Shown: positions 15,001-27,300, counted from the stretch's first letter. The stretch: DNA of 64,000 nt from Paragordius varius (GCA_964247055.1 OZ176050.1:7130001-7194000); one strand, 5' to 3'. The notes: generated from the letters alone by a model not told the origin. Program-made: numbers and translations.

Positions 15001-16643
15001 TTAATGGTTGAATATTGTAATTACCCATCTTTGTATGGTTAATATAATTTGATTGTTGTTAAGAAATGGTTAATATTTTGCTTATACTTGTATGGTTAAA
15101 ATAATTAGATTACTGTAAATTAATGGTTGAATATGGTAATTACCCATCTTTGTATGGTTAATATAATTTGATTGTTGTTAAGAAATGGTTAATATTTTGC
15201 TTATACTTGTATGGTTAATATAATTAGATTACTGTAAATTAATAGTTGAATATTGTAATTACCCATCTTTGTATGGTTAATATAATTTTAATGTTGGTTT
15301 GAAATGGTTAATATTTTACCCATCTTTGTATGGTTAATATAAATTGATTATTTAAATTAATGGTTGAATATTGTAAATACCCATCTTTGTATGGTTAATA
15401 TAATTTGATTGTTGTTATGAAATGGTTAATATTTTATCCATATATGGTTAATATAATTTGATTTCTGTAAATTAATGGTTGAATATTGTAATTACCTATC
15501 TTTGTATAGTTAATATAATTTGATTGTTGTTAAGATATGGTTAATATTTTACGCATACTTTTATGGTTAATATAATTTCCTTACTGTAAATTAATGGTTG
15601 AATATTGTAATTACCCATCTTTGAATGGTTAATATAATTTGATTGTCGTTAAGTGGTTAATATTTTACCCATACTTGTATGGTTAATATAATTTGATTAA
15701 TGTAAATTAATGGTTGAATATTGTAATTACCCATCTTTGATAGGTTAATATAATTAGATTGTTGTTAAGATATGGTTAATATTTTACGCATACTTTTATG
15801 GTTAATATAATTTCCTTACTGTAAATTAATGGTTGAATATTGTAATTACCCATCTTTGAATGGTTAATATAATTTGATTGTCGTTAAGTGGTTAATATTT
15901 TACCCATACTTGTATGGTTAATATAATTTGATTAATGTAAATTAAAGTTTGAATATTGTAATTACCCATCTTTGAATGGTTAATATAATTTGATTGTCGT
16001 TAAGTGGTTAATATTTTACCCATACTTGTATGGTTAATATAATTTGATTAATGTAAATTAAAGTTTGAATATTGTAATTACCCATCTTTGAATGGTTAAT
16101 ATAATTTGATTGTCGTTAAGTGGTTAATATTTTACCCATACTTGTATGGTTAATATAATTTGATTAATGTAAATTAATGGTTGAATATTGTAATTACCCA
16201 TCTTTGAATGGTTAATATAATTTGATTGTCGTTAAGATATGGTTAATATTTTACGCATACTTGTATGGTTAATATAATTTCCTTACTGTAAATTAATGGT
16301 TGAATATTGTAATTACCTATCTTTGTATAGTTAATATAATTTGATTGTGGTTAAGAAATGGTTAATATTTTACCCATACTTGTATGGTTAATATAATTTA
16401 ATTAATGTAAATTAATGGTTAAATATTGTAATTACCCATCTTTGAATGGTTAATATAATTTGATTGTTGTTAAGCAATGGTTAATATTTTACCCATACTT
16501 GTATGGTTAATATAATTTGATTACTGTAAATTAATGGTTGAATATTGTAATTACCCATATTTTTATGGTTAATATATTATGATTGTTGTTATAAAATGGT
16601 TAATATTTTACCCATACTTATATGGTTAATATAATTTGATTTC
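1..16643. repeat. Satellite DNA array, 119-bp monomer (62+57-bp halves; 26/31/31/31-bp subunits), about 140 copies, running off the window start
   Basis: TGTTGTTAAGAAATGGTT recurs at 1, 120, 239 (period 119). Consensus ATGGTTAATATTTTACCCATACTTGT-ATGGTTAATATAATTTGATTACTGTAAATTA-ATGGTTGAATATTGTAATTACCCATCTTTGT-ATGGTTAATATAATTTGATTGTTGTTAAGAA. The ORF track shows nothing in the array. Confidence 0.99.
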
Positions 16644-16769
16644 TCTAAAGGAACACTAAAATGATCCATGTATGTGGATTATTACAAAACAATATTTAAT
16701 AGCTGTGACCTCATAGGTTTTCAAAACGGTGCATTCATACTAATATATTGTTTACTAGTGTAAAGCCCC

Positions 16770-18200
16770 CGACGGCTGACGGAAAAAATCGCTATAATAT
16801 AATTTTTTCCTTTTATGGGTAATAATTAGAGCCTTTATTTAACTCGTATGGTTTCTTAAGTTTTTTTGGAAATTAGCTCCAAAGCCACGCTATTTTTGTA
16901 TGGCGTCTTAGTTTTAAATCGGTAGACCCCTGCCCATAGGCCTATATGAAAAAAGCGTTAAGTTAAATTTTTCCCTTTTTAGGGAAAATATTTGGAATCA
17001 TCTTTAAGACCATCGTCTCATGGGTTATTCGAAAAAATATCTCAACTCTAAATAATCGTTATATGATGGCGTATTTTAGGGGATAAAGGCCCCAAATTAA
17101 CGGCTAATAAAAAAGACCAGACCTTAATTTTTACCTAGTTATGGGTATTATTTTGTTAAATGAGCTCATATGGCATAAGTTATAAATTAGTTCCAAAAGA
17201 ACGCAATTTCTATATAATGGCACAGTTTTTGGTTGGTAGCTTCTTACCCAAAAGCAGGTATAAAAAACATCGGGCAAAATTTTTGTCTTTATATGGGGAA
17301 TATCTGGAATTATAATGTCCATATGTTCCTATAAGTTCTTGGAAATCTGGCTTCAATACCAAAAAATTCTATGGCGGCGAATTTTTTAGGGCGTAAAACT
17401 TTTCTTAGCGACTCACTGAAATAACCGCCTATTCTAAAATATTTGTTTTTTAAGGGGTAATAAATATTTTAGGCCCTTATTGAACTCACATAGTCTAATA
17501 TGTTTTCTGAAATTTGGCTCCAAAGGCATGCTGTATCGATATTGTGACGCATTTTTACCCGGGTAGCCCCCTACCCAGTAACGTTAATTTAAAAAATCCG
17601 CTCGACTTAAATTTTTGCCTTTTTACCGGTATATTTTCAGGCCCTATGGCCTGATAAGTTTTCTGAAAATTAACTCCTAAACAACGCAATTATTATATGG
17701 TGGCGCAGTTGTAGGCGGGTAGCTCCCTACCCAGAGGCTGATACAAAAAAAGCGCTTAATTTAAATTTTTGCCTTTTTACGGAGAATACCTGGAATCATC
17801 ATTCATTCTATATGTTCTTTATAGTTTATGGAAGAATGGCTTCACAACTAAATAATGGTTCAATGATAGCGCATTTTTTAAGGCGTAAAGGGCTTATTTA
17901 ACCGTTAATTTAAAATCCGCTCGACTTAAATTATTGACCTTTTACGGGTAATATTTTAAGTGCGGATTGAACTCATATGACCTGATAGGTTTTCTGAAAT
18001 TTAGCCCCAAAGGCACGCTATTTCGATATGACGGATCAGTTTTTAGAGGGTATCTCCTTATCCGGCAGCCAATATAAAAGAAACGCATGACTAAATTTTT
18101 GCCTTTTAACAGGGAATACCTGAAATCCTTATTAAATTTTTACGGTGTCATATCTTGGGCGAAAAATAGATTCTAAAAATTATTTTTGTGGACTTAATTT
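16770..18200. repeat. Degenerate tandem repeat, ~160-bp subunits alternating as ~320-bp dimers, about 9 subunits
   Basis: An AAATTTTTGCCTTTTTA(C)GGG-like anchor recurs near 16799, 16964, 17125, 17277, 17437, 17608, 17763, 17927 and 18093 (spacing 152-171). It alternates with GAAATT(T)AGCTCCAAA and TGGAATC downstream motifs, and there is a recurrent GGGTAG-N4-CTACCC hairpin. Confidence 0.8.
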
Positions 18201-18840
18201 TTTTGAAAAAAGTGGCATTTTACGGGAGGAGCGGGTAAAATGAGGGCCTATATTTAAGAAACCGAGCCGACTATGTTCGGCGCAACCGGATATAAGTAAA
18301 AAAATTATATTTGAAATCGAATGGTCCAACACGTTTTCGGGAAAATTGTCTCAAAGACACGATTTTTGTGGACTTAAAAACGTTTTTTACAGGGTGGGCC
18401 CGAGCTGGGGGCCTTATTCAAAAGAAGACGAGGTTATTGTCGAAGCATTCATTAATGATTATATTTTTCTATATTTGGATCTGAAAGGGTCTACCGGTTT
18501 TCCGGAAACAGATCACAAAGCCACCACTTTCCATTTTTATAAATATATAGATATAAATAAAATACGAATACCACATATATACTAATTAAAAGAAAGATGA
18601 AATCTAATCGTCCTTTTGAAACCGTTTACCTTCCGAAAAAGATGGTTGCGATTCCACAAAAACGATTCTGGTTTGAAATATATTACTTAAAATAAATATC
18701 TGGTTTCATCATTTGTTTCAAAAGCATAAAATAGATAAAATGCAAAAAAATGATTGATCGATATACAATGTCTTCCTTTTTCTTAGGTATCCCATTATTA
18801 TAATGTTATTTAAGTGGGCTGGTAAATATATGATACTCAC

Positions 18841-18880
18841 TTAGGCAACTACCTTCCGTTGTGTGTTCTTCGTGTGTTTG
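18841..18880 (-). other. Candidate 40-nt exon of an unidentified spliced transcript
   Basis: On the minus strand: polypyrimidine acceptor TCTCATTTTGTTTTAG, 40 nt, then donor GTGAGTAT. An upstream AG|GTGAAA donor at 18911 would define a 31-nt intron. Confidence 0.3.
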
Positions 18881-20649
18881 CTAAAACAAAATGAGATATA
18901 AAACATTTCACCTAATTACATTTTCTTTTAAGGCTAATTGAATCCAGTTTAGACAGTTTCGTGTGGCCTTATTATGAGATAAGATATGTATGATATGATA
19001 TAATAGAGTACACAACAAGACCGCTGTTTATATATTTCTAGCATACGACGATACAATGTCAAAAAATAATAAGAAAAATGTGAAATAATTATATGTGGTT
19101 TTCGTCATGCAATTACAATAAAAGCAGGAATGGTTTGTCAAAGTCATATCGTAGAGGAAAATAAATATTTGAAACATGTCGCCTAAACAACATAAAACTA
19201 ATTAAAACATGACATATTGATGGTTGTTGTAAAAAACAATATAATAATTATATCTACAATATTATCTTTGTCTGTTTCATTTGGGAGAAATTTTTGAAAT
19301 CGTAATATCATTATTATTATTATAATTTAATCGAAATAAATATATTATTAAAAAACAAAAATTGATTATTTGCTAAACGTTTTCATGATTAATTTTTTTT
19401 GGGTTTTGGTGGGTAGTCAATTCATTAAGCTTTAAGTTTTTAACATAATAGGTTATAATTTTATTTCTTCTATAAAATTTAGGTAGTGACATAGTTATTA
19501 TTTACAAAGTGCACAAATTAAAATTTAATTTTCATTACGTTTGAATATATTGTTAATAAATAAATTTGAATAATGTTTTAATATTAATTTCAAAATTTTT
19601 ATATCATTTGACGGTAAATGGGGTTATCAATGGATTTATTTAAGGGCCTTCAAAATAACGAACTATTATTATTTTTGCTGCTCTTCTTTATGAATATATC
19701 TAGATGTGTGTTTTACTAAATGTTAACCAAAAATCACACCCTTCTTCCCGCTTACTTTGGTTTTAAATGATCCAAAATATTTAAATAAATTCTCTGGTTG
19801 CCCATTTCCTCCTCGAAAAGGTCGTTGAATTAAAGTTTTTAAGAACGAAATTTGTTAGTTTTTTTAGTATTATTCTGATGGGTGCATTCTCCATATTTAA
19901 ATATTGTTATGAAAGTCTAACGATAAAGACAGTGCAATATTAATAATTGCTTATTAATTAATTTTTGTTTTATAATTATGAATGTCGACATGGTTTTTAG
20001 ACCCGAACACATTATGAAAGGAAAGTATGCCAATTTTAATTATTTAAATACTCTTTCCAAATTTCTATTGAAATTATAAAAACTAGTTATTTTGGTTTTT
20101 GATAATTTTTAAAAAAAATTATTTGACTTCGTTTACTAAAAAAGCCATATACGCTAATGAAATTTTTAATTAATTAAATTTGATTAGTTTATAACTAAGG
20201 CTTTAAGATTTGAAAATAATGAGATGTTTTTTCACCTTTAATCTGATAAAATTAATTAAAATATAAAAAAAATGTTAAAAATTTAATTAAAATTTTATTG
20301 AGGAAGGAAATATGCTGTTTGCAGAATAATAATTCAATTAAAAATATATTAAAAATAAAACATTTTTTTATCTAAAAATAAGAATGAATATTAAACATTA
20401 CATAAAAATTACTTTTTTAGATTTCTTTTAACTGAATCTTATATATATATATATATAATAAGCAATAAGTTACATACAGCTGGCTAAATCAAATCAGGTA
20501 AAACTTTAGGATTTCGTATTTTTTTGTATAGTTGTAATAATTAAATACCCAAAATCTAATTGCATCGCTATCCATTGGTTTTCTAATTAATAATCTTATT
20601 AAAATTAATTACTTCTAAAATTGTTTAAACTTGTTTCCACGAAATCTTA

Positions 20650-20831
20650 TAATATACAGTTTAGAAGTCTCTTTTTTCCTTTTGGGTAAGGAGTTAAATT
20701 GTATCCGGGCATAGGAGGACTTACTCGCCTGCCCAGAGCTGAAGGTGATGATAAAAATTGCGTAGTTCCGGGGTTCGAACTCTGGCACACAGTGTAAGAG
20801 TCCGGCGCCCTACCAACTATACCATCGCGCC
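20650..20831 (-). mobile_element. tRNA-Lys(CTT)-derived SINE with ~19-bp target-site duplication
   Basis: The minus strand begins GGCGCGATGGTATAGTTGGTAGGGCGCCGGACTCTTAC. It has an A box (TGGTATAGTTGG), an anticodon-loop-like CT-CTT-AC and a B box (GAGTTCGAACC). Acceptor and T stems do not pair. The flanks TTGTTTCCACGAAATCTTA (20631-20649) and TTCTTCCCATGAAATCTTA (20832-20850) match 16/19. Confidence 0.85.
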
Positions 20832-21310
20832 TTCTTCCCATGAAATCTTAAAAGTGGATAAATTGTTTATACACAGTCCTTTAAGCTTAGATATTTCAAC
20901 TATTTAAGTCGTTCAAACGTACACCTGTAATAATGGATCTCTCACATTTATACAGACTTATAATGTTGATACAAAGCGATGGGTCCAGTATTTAGCATTC
21001 TGTAATTTTTGTGCATACATACAAACCATTTGTTGATCCACTTACTATTTGGCAAATAATATGCAAAAGGTTGCTATTTTGGTACCAGTAACACGCTACT
21101 TTTTGCTTGCAACTCAATTACTTTTCGAATAGTAAGGAAGTTACGATTTTGTGCAGCACCATAACGAAAAATCGCAAAATTGATGTAAATTATGCTAAAT
21201 TTTTTGGTTAAAGGTAAAGACTTCATTCCAAAAAATATCATTAATATATATCATAATCTATATTTGAAAAGACAAACTATATTTACATTAGATTTAAAAT
21301 TTAAATACTT

Positions 21311-21574
21311 TAGAGGCGTTAGGGGAGAGGAAAGGGGGGCTAATGCACGCGCCATAGTTGAAGGGTCGTCGGTAAAAAAATTTTATTTTATTTCCAAAAA
21401 TAGGTATTTAAAAGTTATTATTTTAAATTATACAAAAAATTACTCATTTATGAGTAGCCATGTCCACGGTTTGAACTTGATTATTTTTTCAAAATGCAAA
21501 GTGTTTGATGAAGGGGGAGGGGGCGCCCTCACGGATTCACGCACCGGGCGCTAGAAATGCAAGCTACGCCTCTG
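21311..21574. mobile_element. hAT-type MITE (264 bp) with 8-bp TSD
   Basis: Ends are TAGAGGCGTT and TACGCCTCTG (reverse complement CAGAGGCGTA). The 8-bp flanks AAATACTT (21303-21310) and ATATACTT (21575-21582) match 7/8. Subterminal regions are GC-rich. Confidence 0.8.
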
Positions 21575-21732
21575 ATATACTTTACTAAAATGAAAATTTC
21601 TGGACCACCCTAAAATGGGATAGTTTTATTAGAATAATCGTAAAAATGACGCTACGCGATAATAATTTTAAATACATGCCAGACTATAACATCAAAAAAT
21701 TTAAAATTTTGGATTCATAATATTTTGAAGGT

Positions 21733-21800
21733 TGTTGGAAACGGTATAACCTTTTAAGATATTAAAGAAAGATCTTTACCATATAATTCGATGATGTTTA
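21733..21800 (+). repeat. Dispersed ~65-bp repeat, copy 1 of 4 (others near 49878-49950, 62259-62330, 63031-63100)
   Basis: All four copies share the approximate consensus TGTTGGAAACGGTATAAAA-TTTAAGATATTAAAACACTTTT-ATATAATTCGATGA on the + strand. Confidence 0.7.
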
Positions 21801-21916
21801 ACAATTACCTCAGAATTCGGAAAGGTTTTTTGTCTTCACTTTTAAATATAAAATGCGTTTTTTCATATTCATGAAAGCAAACCAAACCTTTTATTCAATA
21901 TTATTTATAAGAATTA

Positions 21917-22199
21917 CACATCTACACTTCAAATTCACCCTTGAATTTAACACCCTTGAACAATTCAAATTCACCCTCAAACAATTCAAATTTACCCTAA
22001 ATGTGTTTTTTAAGATTAAAAAGTACTTATATTTATATTTACAAAAAACGAAATTTTGTTTAAAATTAAAATAATACTGAAAAAATAATAAAGTATGCCA
22101 TAAAGATATATTTCATTATAATTATGAGTCATATTAGCCCGAAAACACGTAATTAATGCTTAGGGTTTTGAAATCTAGGGTTAATTTGAATTGTAAATG

Positions 22200-22200
<1 letters not shown>
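21917..22200. mobile_element. Foldback/MITE with 21-bp subterminal tandem repeats (same family as 60818-61148)
   Basis: The left arm carries 3-4 TTCAAATTCACCCTTGAACAA-like units. The right end AGGGTTAATTTGAATTGTAAATGG is the inverse of CCATTTACA(C/A)TTCAAATT(C/A)ACCCT, and it abuts a (TA)n tract. Confidence 0.65.

Positions 22201-22202
<2 letters not shown>

Positions 22203-22238
<36 letters not shown>
22203..22238. repeat. (TA)n microsatellite, ~18 units
   Basis: Read directly from the sequence. Confidence 0.95.
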
Positions 22239-22242
<4 letters not shown>

Positions 22243-24326
22243 TGCACCCCGATTTTGCGCGTTTAAAAATCAATTTGTTTTGCAATTTGACCCCTGATTT
22301 GACAAACAGGGATAGAATTGGATAAAAGCAATTCAAAAATAAAAATTATTAAATATAAACTATAGAAATTCAAATCTCCCATATTTACTCTTAATAAAAT
22401 TTTATTTGACTAACATTATAATTAAATTCTTCTTATGACTAACGCTTTTAATACGGGTAAGCCAATTATATGTAAGATTCAATTATTTTTTTTATTTAAA
22501 TTAGAGAATTGTCACATTTATTTAAGACATGCATCTAGTCAAAATTTCATCTGAGGGATAAAATGATACATTTTGAGTTTCTTATTTCTTGCTCTCCTAA
22601 TTTGAAAGCTATTCGTTTTCAAAAAATTACTTTGCGATTGCACACACACATTGTATGTTTTTTTGGAAAGTTGTACGGAGCATATTAATTAATTAATTAA
22701 TTATTTTATTATATTTAATTTAATTAAAAATATATCTTATAATAATTATTTTATAAGTTATAAAAAAAAGAGTGAGGTGAAAAGATACTCACTACACATT
22801 TAGTGTGTTTAATATTATTAGTACCAAATATAATTAGGTGTCAATTTAATTAAAACTATAATTGCCTTAATTAATATCTTTTCTTCTGTATCAAAAGTTT
22901 CAACAAATTATTTTTTAATTAGCATTGTATTTTTCAACCTCTCAATTTTTATGAAATTTTTTTGGGTTGTATAATAAGTTCTAGAAACTAAAAAAAATGG
23001 TTATTGTAAAGAAAGTATATTGGTAAGAAGTGGAGATGCAAATAACTTATGAAATTTTCATGCTATTTTTGCTTTTTAGTTGACTATTAGTTGAGATTTA
23101 AGCAGTAAAAGCTACAGTTTTTTCTCCTCACCCATTTAAGTATCATTATAACCAATAATAATTCTTTTTGCTGCATGCATGTAGCTAGATAGATAAAATT
23201 AATTAGCAAATTAATTAAAATTAATTGGTAACGAAAAATATTATCTCTCTCTCTCTCTCAAACTTTTTTTTAAAAAAAATTAACCGTACTATTACAAAGA
23301 TACTTACTATATGAAATTTATAAAATAAAAAAAATAATTAAACTAATTAAATGCTAGTTATATCATGAGGCAATAAAAGTTTTTTAATTCATTGAAGAAT
23401 GTCTAATTAAATAGCAGAATTTTGTAATTTACATTTGATTTCGAGGATACTTAGATCATATTTTCTGCATTAAAAATATATCTCTTTTTTGAAAAAAGCA
23501 TGATTTTTGAGATGTATATAAGTATAGGAGATATTTCCTACATACAAATAACACTATGCAACAATTTTTTCTGCCATTCGAGTTTTTTGCATTTTTGTGA
23601 TATTTACTATTAATTTAACATGAAATCTGAATAAAAAACTATAATTTCACTAAGAATTTATAATTTGATTTTTTGCCATTATGCGCCCTCTTTAACATAA
23701 TTTTATGAAAAAGTATGTTTCTTTTATATTACAGCAAATGCCCATTTGTAAATCGTTCGAAAGAGTAATTAAACTCAATAAAATGCATACAAATTGTTTT
23801 TCGATTGTTATCGGACATTGGAAACAACAAACCCGCAAAGCGAGAGCGTTTTTCTCAACTTATATATTTTTTAAACTAGATGACAATGAATGTCTAAAAA
23901 AGATATCACAAAAAAGTTTTTTGATTATAATATAAAACTTTCACTTTTATGTTATTTAAAAAGCCTTTAATTTGTTTTTAAAAAATTCCCATCTCATTAA
24001 TTTTAATTCATTTTCCTTAAAAGGTTATTTCAAAATATAAAAGTCTAAAAGCAAAGTTTAAGGTATTCTTGATCTTTTTAATATTTATGTTATAAATTTA
24101 CAGTTATAACTATGCGTAATATCTGAGTATAAAAATTTTGATAATAATTTTTTTAAAAAAAGCAAACCATAAGCTTTTTCAAGATTTTTTTAATAATGTA
24201 TATTTATATTAAAATAATTTATATCATTTTTTGTTTGTTTGTGTTTTTACTTATTTATGGGTTGAAAATTTTGGCCATATAAAGCCAATTAACTTTTACA
24301 TCAGATTGTTTTAAATGATTAACTGC

Positions 24327-24363
24327 CATTCGAAAGATTCAGTTTTGTACGCTCTTTCGAATG
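24327..24363. repeat. Perfect 11-bp inverted repeat with 15-nt spacer (MITE-type internal palindrome)
   Basis: CATTCGAAAGA at 24327-24337 and TCTTTCGAATG at 24353-24363. Confidence 0.6.
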
Positions 24364-27300
24364 ATATAAAAGGCTATATATCTAAAACTTTTTTTGAAAA
24401 TGAGTTTAATATTAAATCGGGACCGAAAATTTTCAATAAACCCTGAAAAAAAAATTTAAGTGTTGGACCAATTTCTTTTTCAGATATACTACTTATGTAC
24501 TTTAATGAAATACTTTAATTTACAAGAATGTCAGTTAAAAAAGGTCTAAATTTGTTGTCTAGTGTAATTCATTCAAAAATAATCTATATAACCCAATTAG
24601 CGCCCACGCAAATTCGCATATCGATAAAGCACATAGCAAAATCATTTCTTGAACATTTAATTCTAAAGCCTTGTATTAAAATAATTAAAATCATAACAAA
24701 TAAATTTAAAGCTAACAAGTTTGAAACAACGTCCCTATCCAAAGTTAAATATTTTTTATACAAAATTATTTCATTAAATTTTAATTTGGAATATAACTGG
24801 AAAATAACCATAAAAATAAAAAAATAATTAAAGGAATTGTTTAATTATTTTATTAATATAAAACATGGTTCGAATCATAAATTTCAAAGTTCAAAACAAT
24901 TTTTTATGGTCGGCGAAATATGAAAAAATGCATAAAAAACTTTTTTCTCCTACAAAACAATTCCTTTGAAATTATTTGGTTCATTAATCTGGCTGGTGGA
25001 AAGAAATAGTTTTATATTTAAAATTTATTTAATTAAAATATGGTGTATTACAATTATAAGCTCACAATATTTTCTGCTTGCAAAAATATATATGTACCTT
25101 TTATCTATAAAGAGTATTACAATACAATATACTGCGATACAGTTAATTACATGATTTATTGTTATGAAAATCCGCAAAAATCGGAAATTATATATATATA
25201 TATATATGACTAGGGCTGAGTATTTGCTCCGTCAAAAAAATTCCACATCAATCCGCTTATGAATTCAAATATTTAGGGTCTCCTAACTAGTCAATATCAC
25301 CACAAATATAATTAAATATGTTAAAACTTTATGAAATCAATCACGAATTCCAAATCAAATGGCATTTATTATTGTTACTGCTAAGTTTTTATTTACTAAT
25401 AACAATGAAACAAACAAAATTTAAAATCCCAAATTTTTTTTTCATTTGTAAGAGTATCACATACTCATATCATATGTGAAAAACCTGTGTGTATTTGTTG
25501 GTTATTTACAAAACAAATCAAATTCTAGTTAAGATAAATATACTTTCTAACATATTTAAAATTAAAATAAATGGAAATTATACGGACAAAACGTAAAAAT
25601 ATAAAGAAAAATATTTTTTTCTAAATAAATATAACCCATTGTTTTAAATTACAAAGTATAAAATTAGAGATGTAAATTGATAATACAAGCAATTTATGTA
25701 TTGTACGATTGTAATTAAATGATTTTAATAGGATAAATTAAGGTTTGAAAAAGGTAGGGTTATCTTTTGAAAAAAAAAATGTCTATTTGTTTATACGTTT
25801 TGTTCGTATAATTTTAATTTTTACTGTAAAATTAAAATGAATGGTTATTAATTTGGACAAATTACAGTTATTTTGGAAGAATGATATTCATATATATTGG
25901 CATAATAACTTTTTTTTAACCAAATACAATAAAATAATAAATGACTTAAGAATTCCGTAAATATGTTTGTTCATAATTTTTTCGAGAGACACACTCTATA
26001 AAATATAAAATAATAATTTGAGAGAAATTATAAAACTATAAATAATGGATATATTAATATCAAAATGGCGCCAAAGCAATTACAATTAGGTTGAGGATTG
26101 TTCCTGTGCATTCATTATATTATTATGTATAAAATATAATTAATTTACAATTTTTCAGAGATAACTTTGTTCTCCATTAAAATCCAAAAAATGACACAAT
26201 ATTAAGGTTATAAAAAATAACAATATTCTTAACGTTTAAAAATTATGATATGTATATGATTGATATTAAAGGATTATTTTTATCTCAAAAAATAGGGTAG
26301 ATATATTTTTGCAAAAAATTACCAAATATGAGGAATAATATTTTTTAGGTTTTTCAAATTTTTTTTATATAATTTTGTAAATAATACCCGATTTACGGTG
26401 TATTAAAAAAGGAAAGCTTAGATAACCATGGTTCGCAAAAAAGGTTTATGCACTATCATTGGATGGCTAAAAGTTCGGCATATATCAAATTCATACGGTT
26501 AAATAGTAGAGAAAAGATATTTTAAATTAAATATAATTAAAGAAAACGAATTGTATCGACAATTTTTTGTGGTTTAAGAATTAACCCTAAAAACAGGAAA
26601 AACTATATTTGCTTTAAAATAAATGCCGATTAGTAAAAAAACTTTCAAATAAAAAAATTGACTTGATAGAAATTGTTTTTAAAATACTAATGTACATATA
26701 AGGGTTTTGTTCAATTAAACAATACTTCCGTTATGATATAAATATCTTAAAAATGATTTCTTTTATAAATATTTTAGAATTTTTTACAGCGATTATTTGT
26801 TTTTTTAGAATGTTAAAATAAAAATTATAACAATATACCTCATAAATGCAAATTCTTATGCTTCTAGAAAAATGAGATGTTTAAAATCCAATCACATTGA
26901 ATTTCTCATCCCTTAAAAATATTAATGAAATATATTTTTGGTTAATTCATTATTAGTGAAACAAATTTTAAAATTTTGAGTGTGCCAATTACGATTCTTT
27001 TAAATGTGGCTAGATAACAAAAGAATTTTGCTAGTATTTTCGATATGAGAAAATCGGAAATAATAAATCTTAACTGTCGTTCAACAACTTTAAGTTAAAT
27101 ATAATGGATGATTTATATCAAAAGCGATATACATTGTGCGAATTATAAATGAGAATAATTTTAATTACTTGTTCTGGTTCAAACTTAAATTACAAAACAA
27201 AAAAATAGTCACAGTAGATAAGATCCCCAATAAATATTTATTAATCGCCTATAAAAATGAATGATGAATAGACTTATATAGTACCATTTTAAAAACGTTC

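Noticed and set aside
1-16643. CRISPR array or telomeric tract
   Set aside because: There are no unique spacers, only point variants of one monomer, and the context is eukaryotic. GGTTA/TACCC words are embedded in a 119-mer, not tandem TTAGG(G).
17131-17322. 63-aa ORF (also 18346-18585)
   Set aside because: Both lie in or beside the decayed tandem repeat and have no protein motifs.
20760-20831. Functional tRNA-Lys gene
   Set aside because: The acceptor stem cannot form, the T stem has two mismatches, and the unit continues into a body flanked by a TSD, so it is a SINE.
20647-20841. 64-aa ORF
   Set aside because: It coincides with the SINE; its GC content explains the open frame.
20905-21045. 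Kelch-like YNVDTKRW peptide in a ~40-codon frame
   Set aside because: It is a single short motif with no GG pair, no further repeats and no clear exon boundaries.
21192-21554. 120-aa ORF
   Set aside because: It runs through the hAT MITE and has no transposase motifs.
21853-22074. ORFs with 7-aa repeats (also 61063-61260)
   Set aside because: They are translations of the 21-bp MITE arm repeats.
23705-25154. Short ORFs 23705, 24528, 24584, 24966
   Set aside because: They have the I/K/F/L-rich composition of random AT-rich DNA, with no motifs or supporting splice structure.
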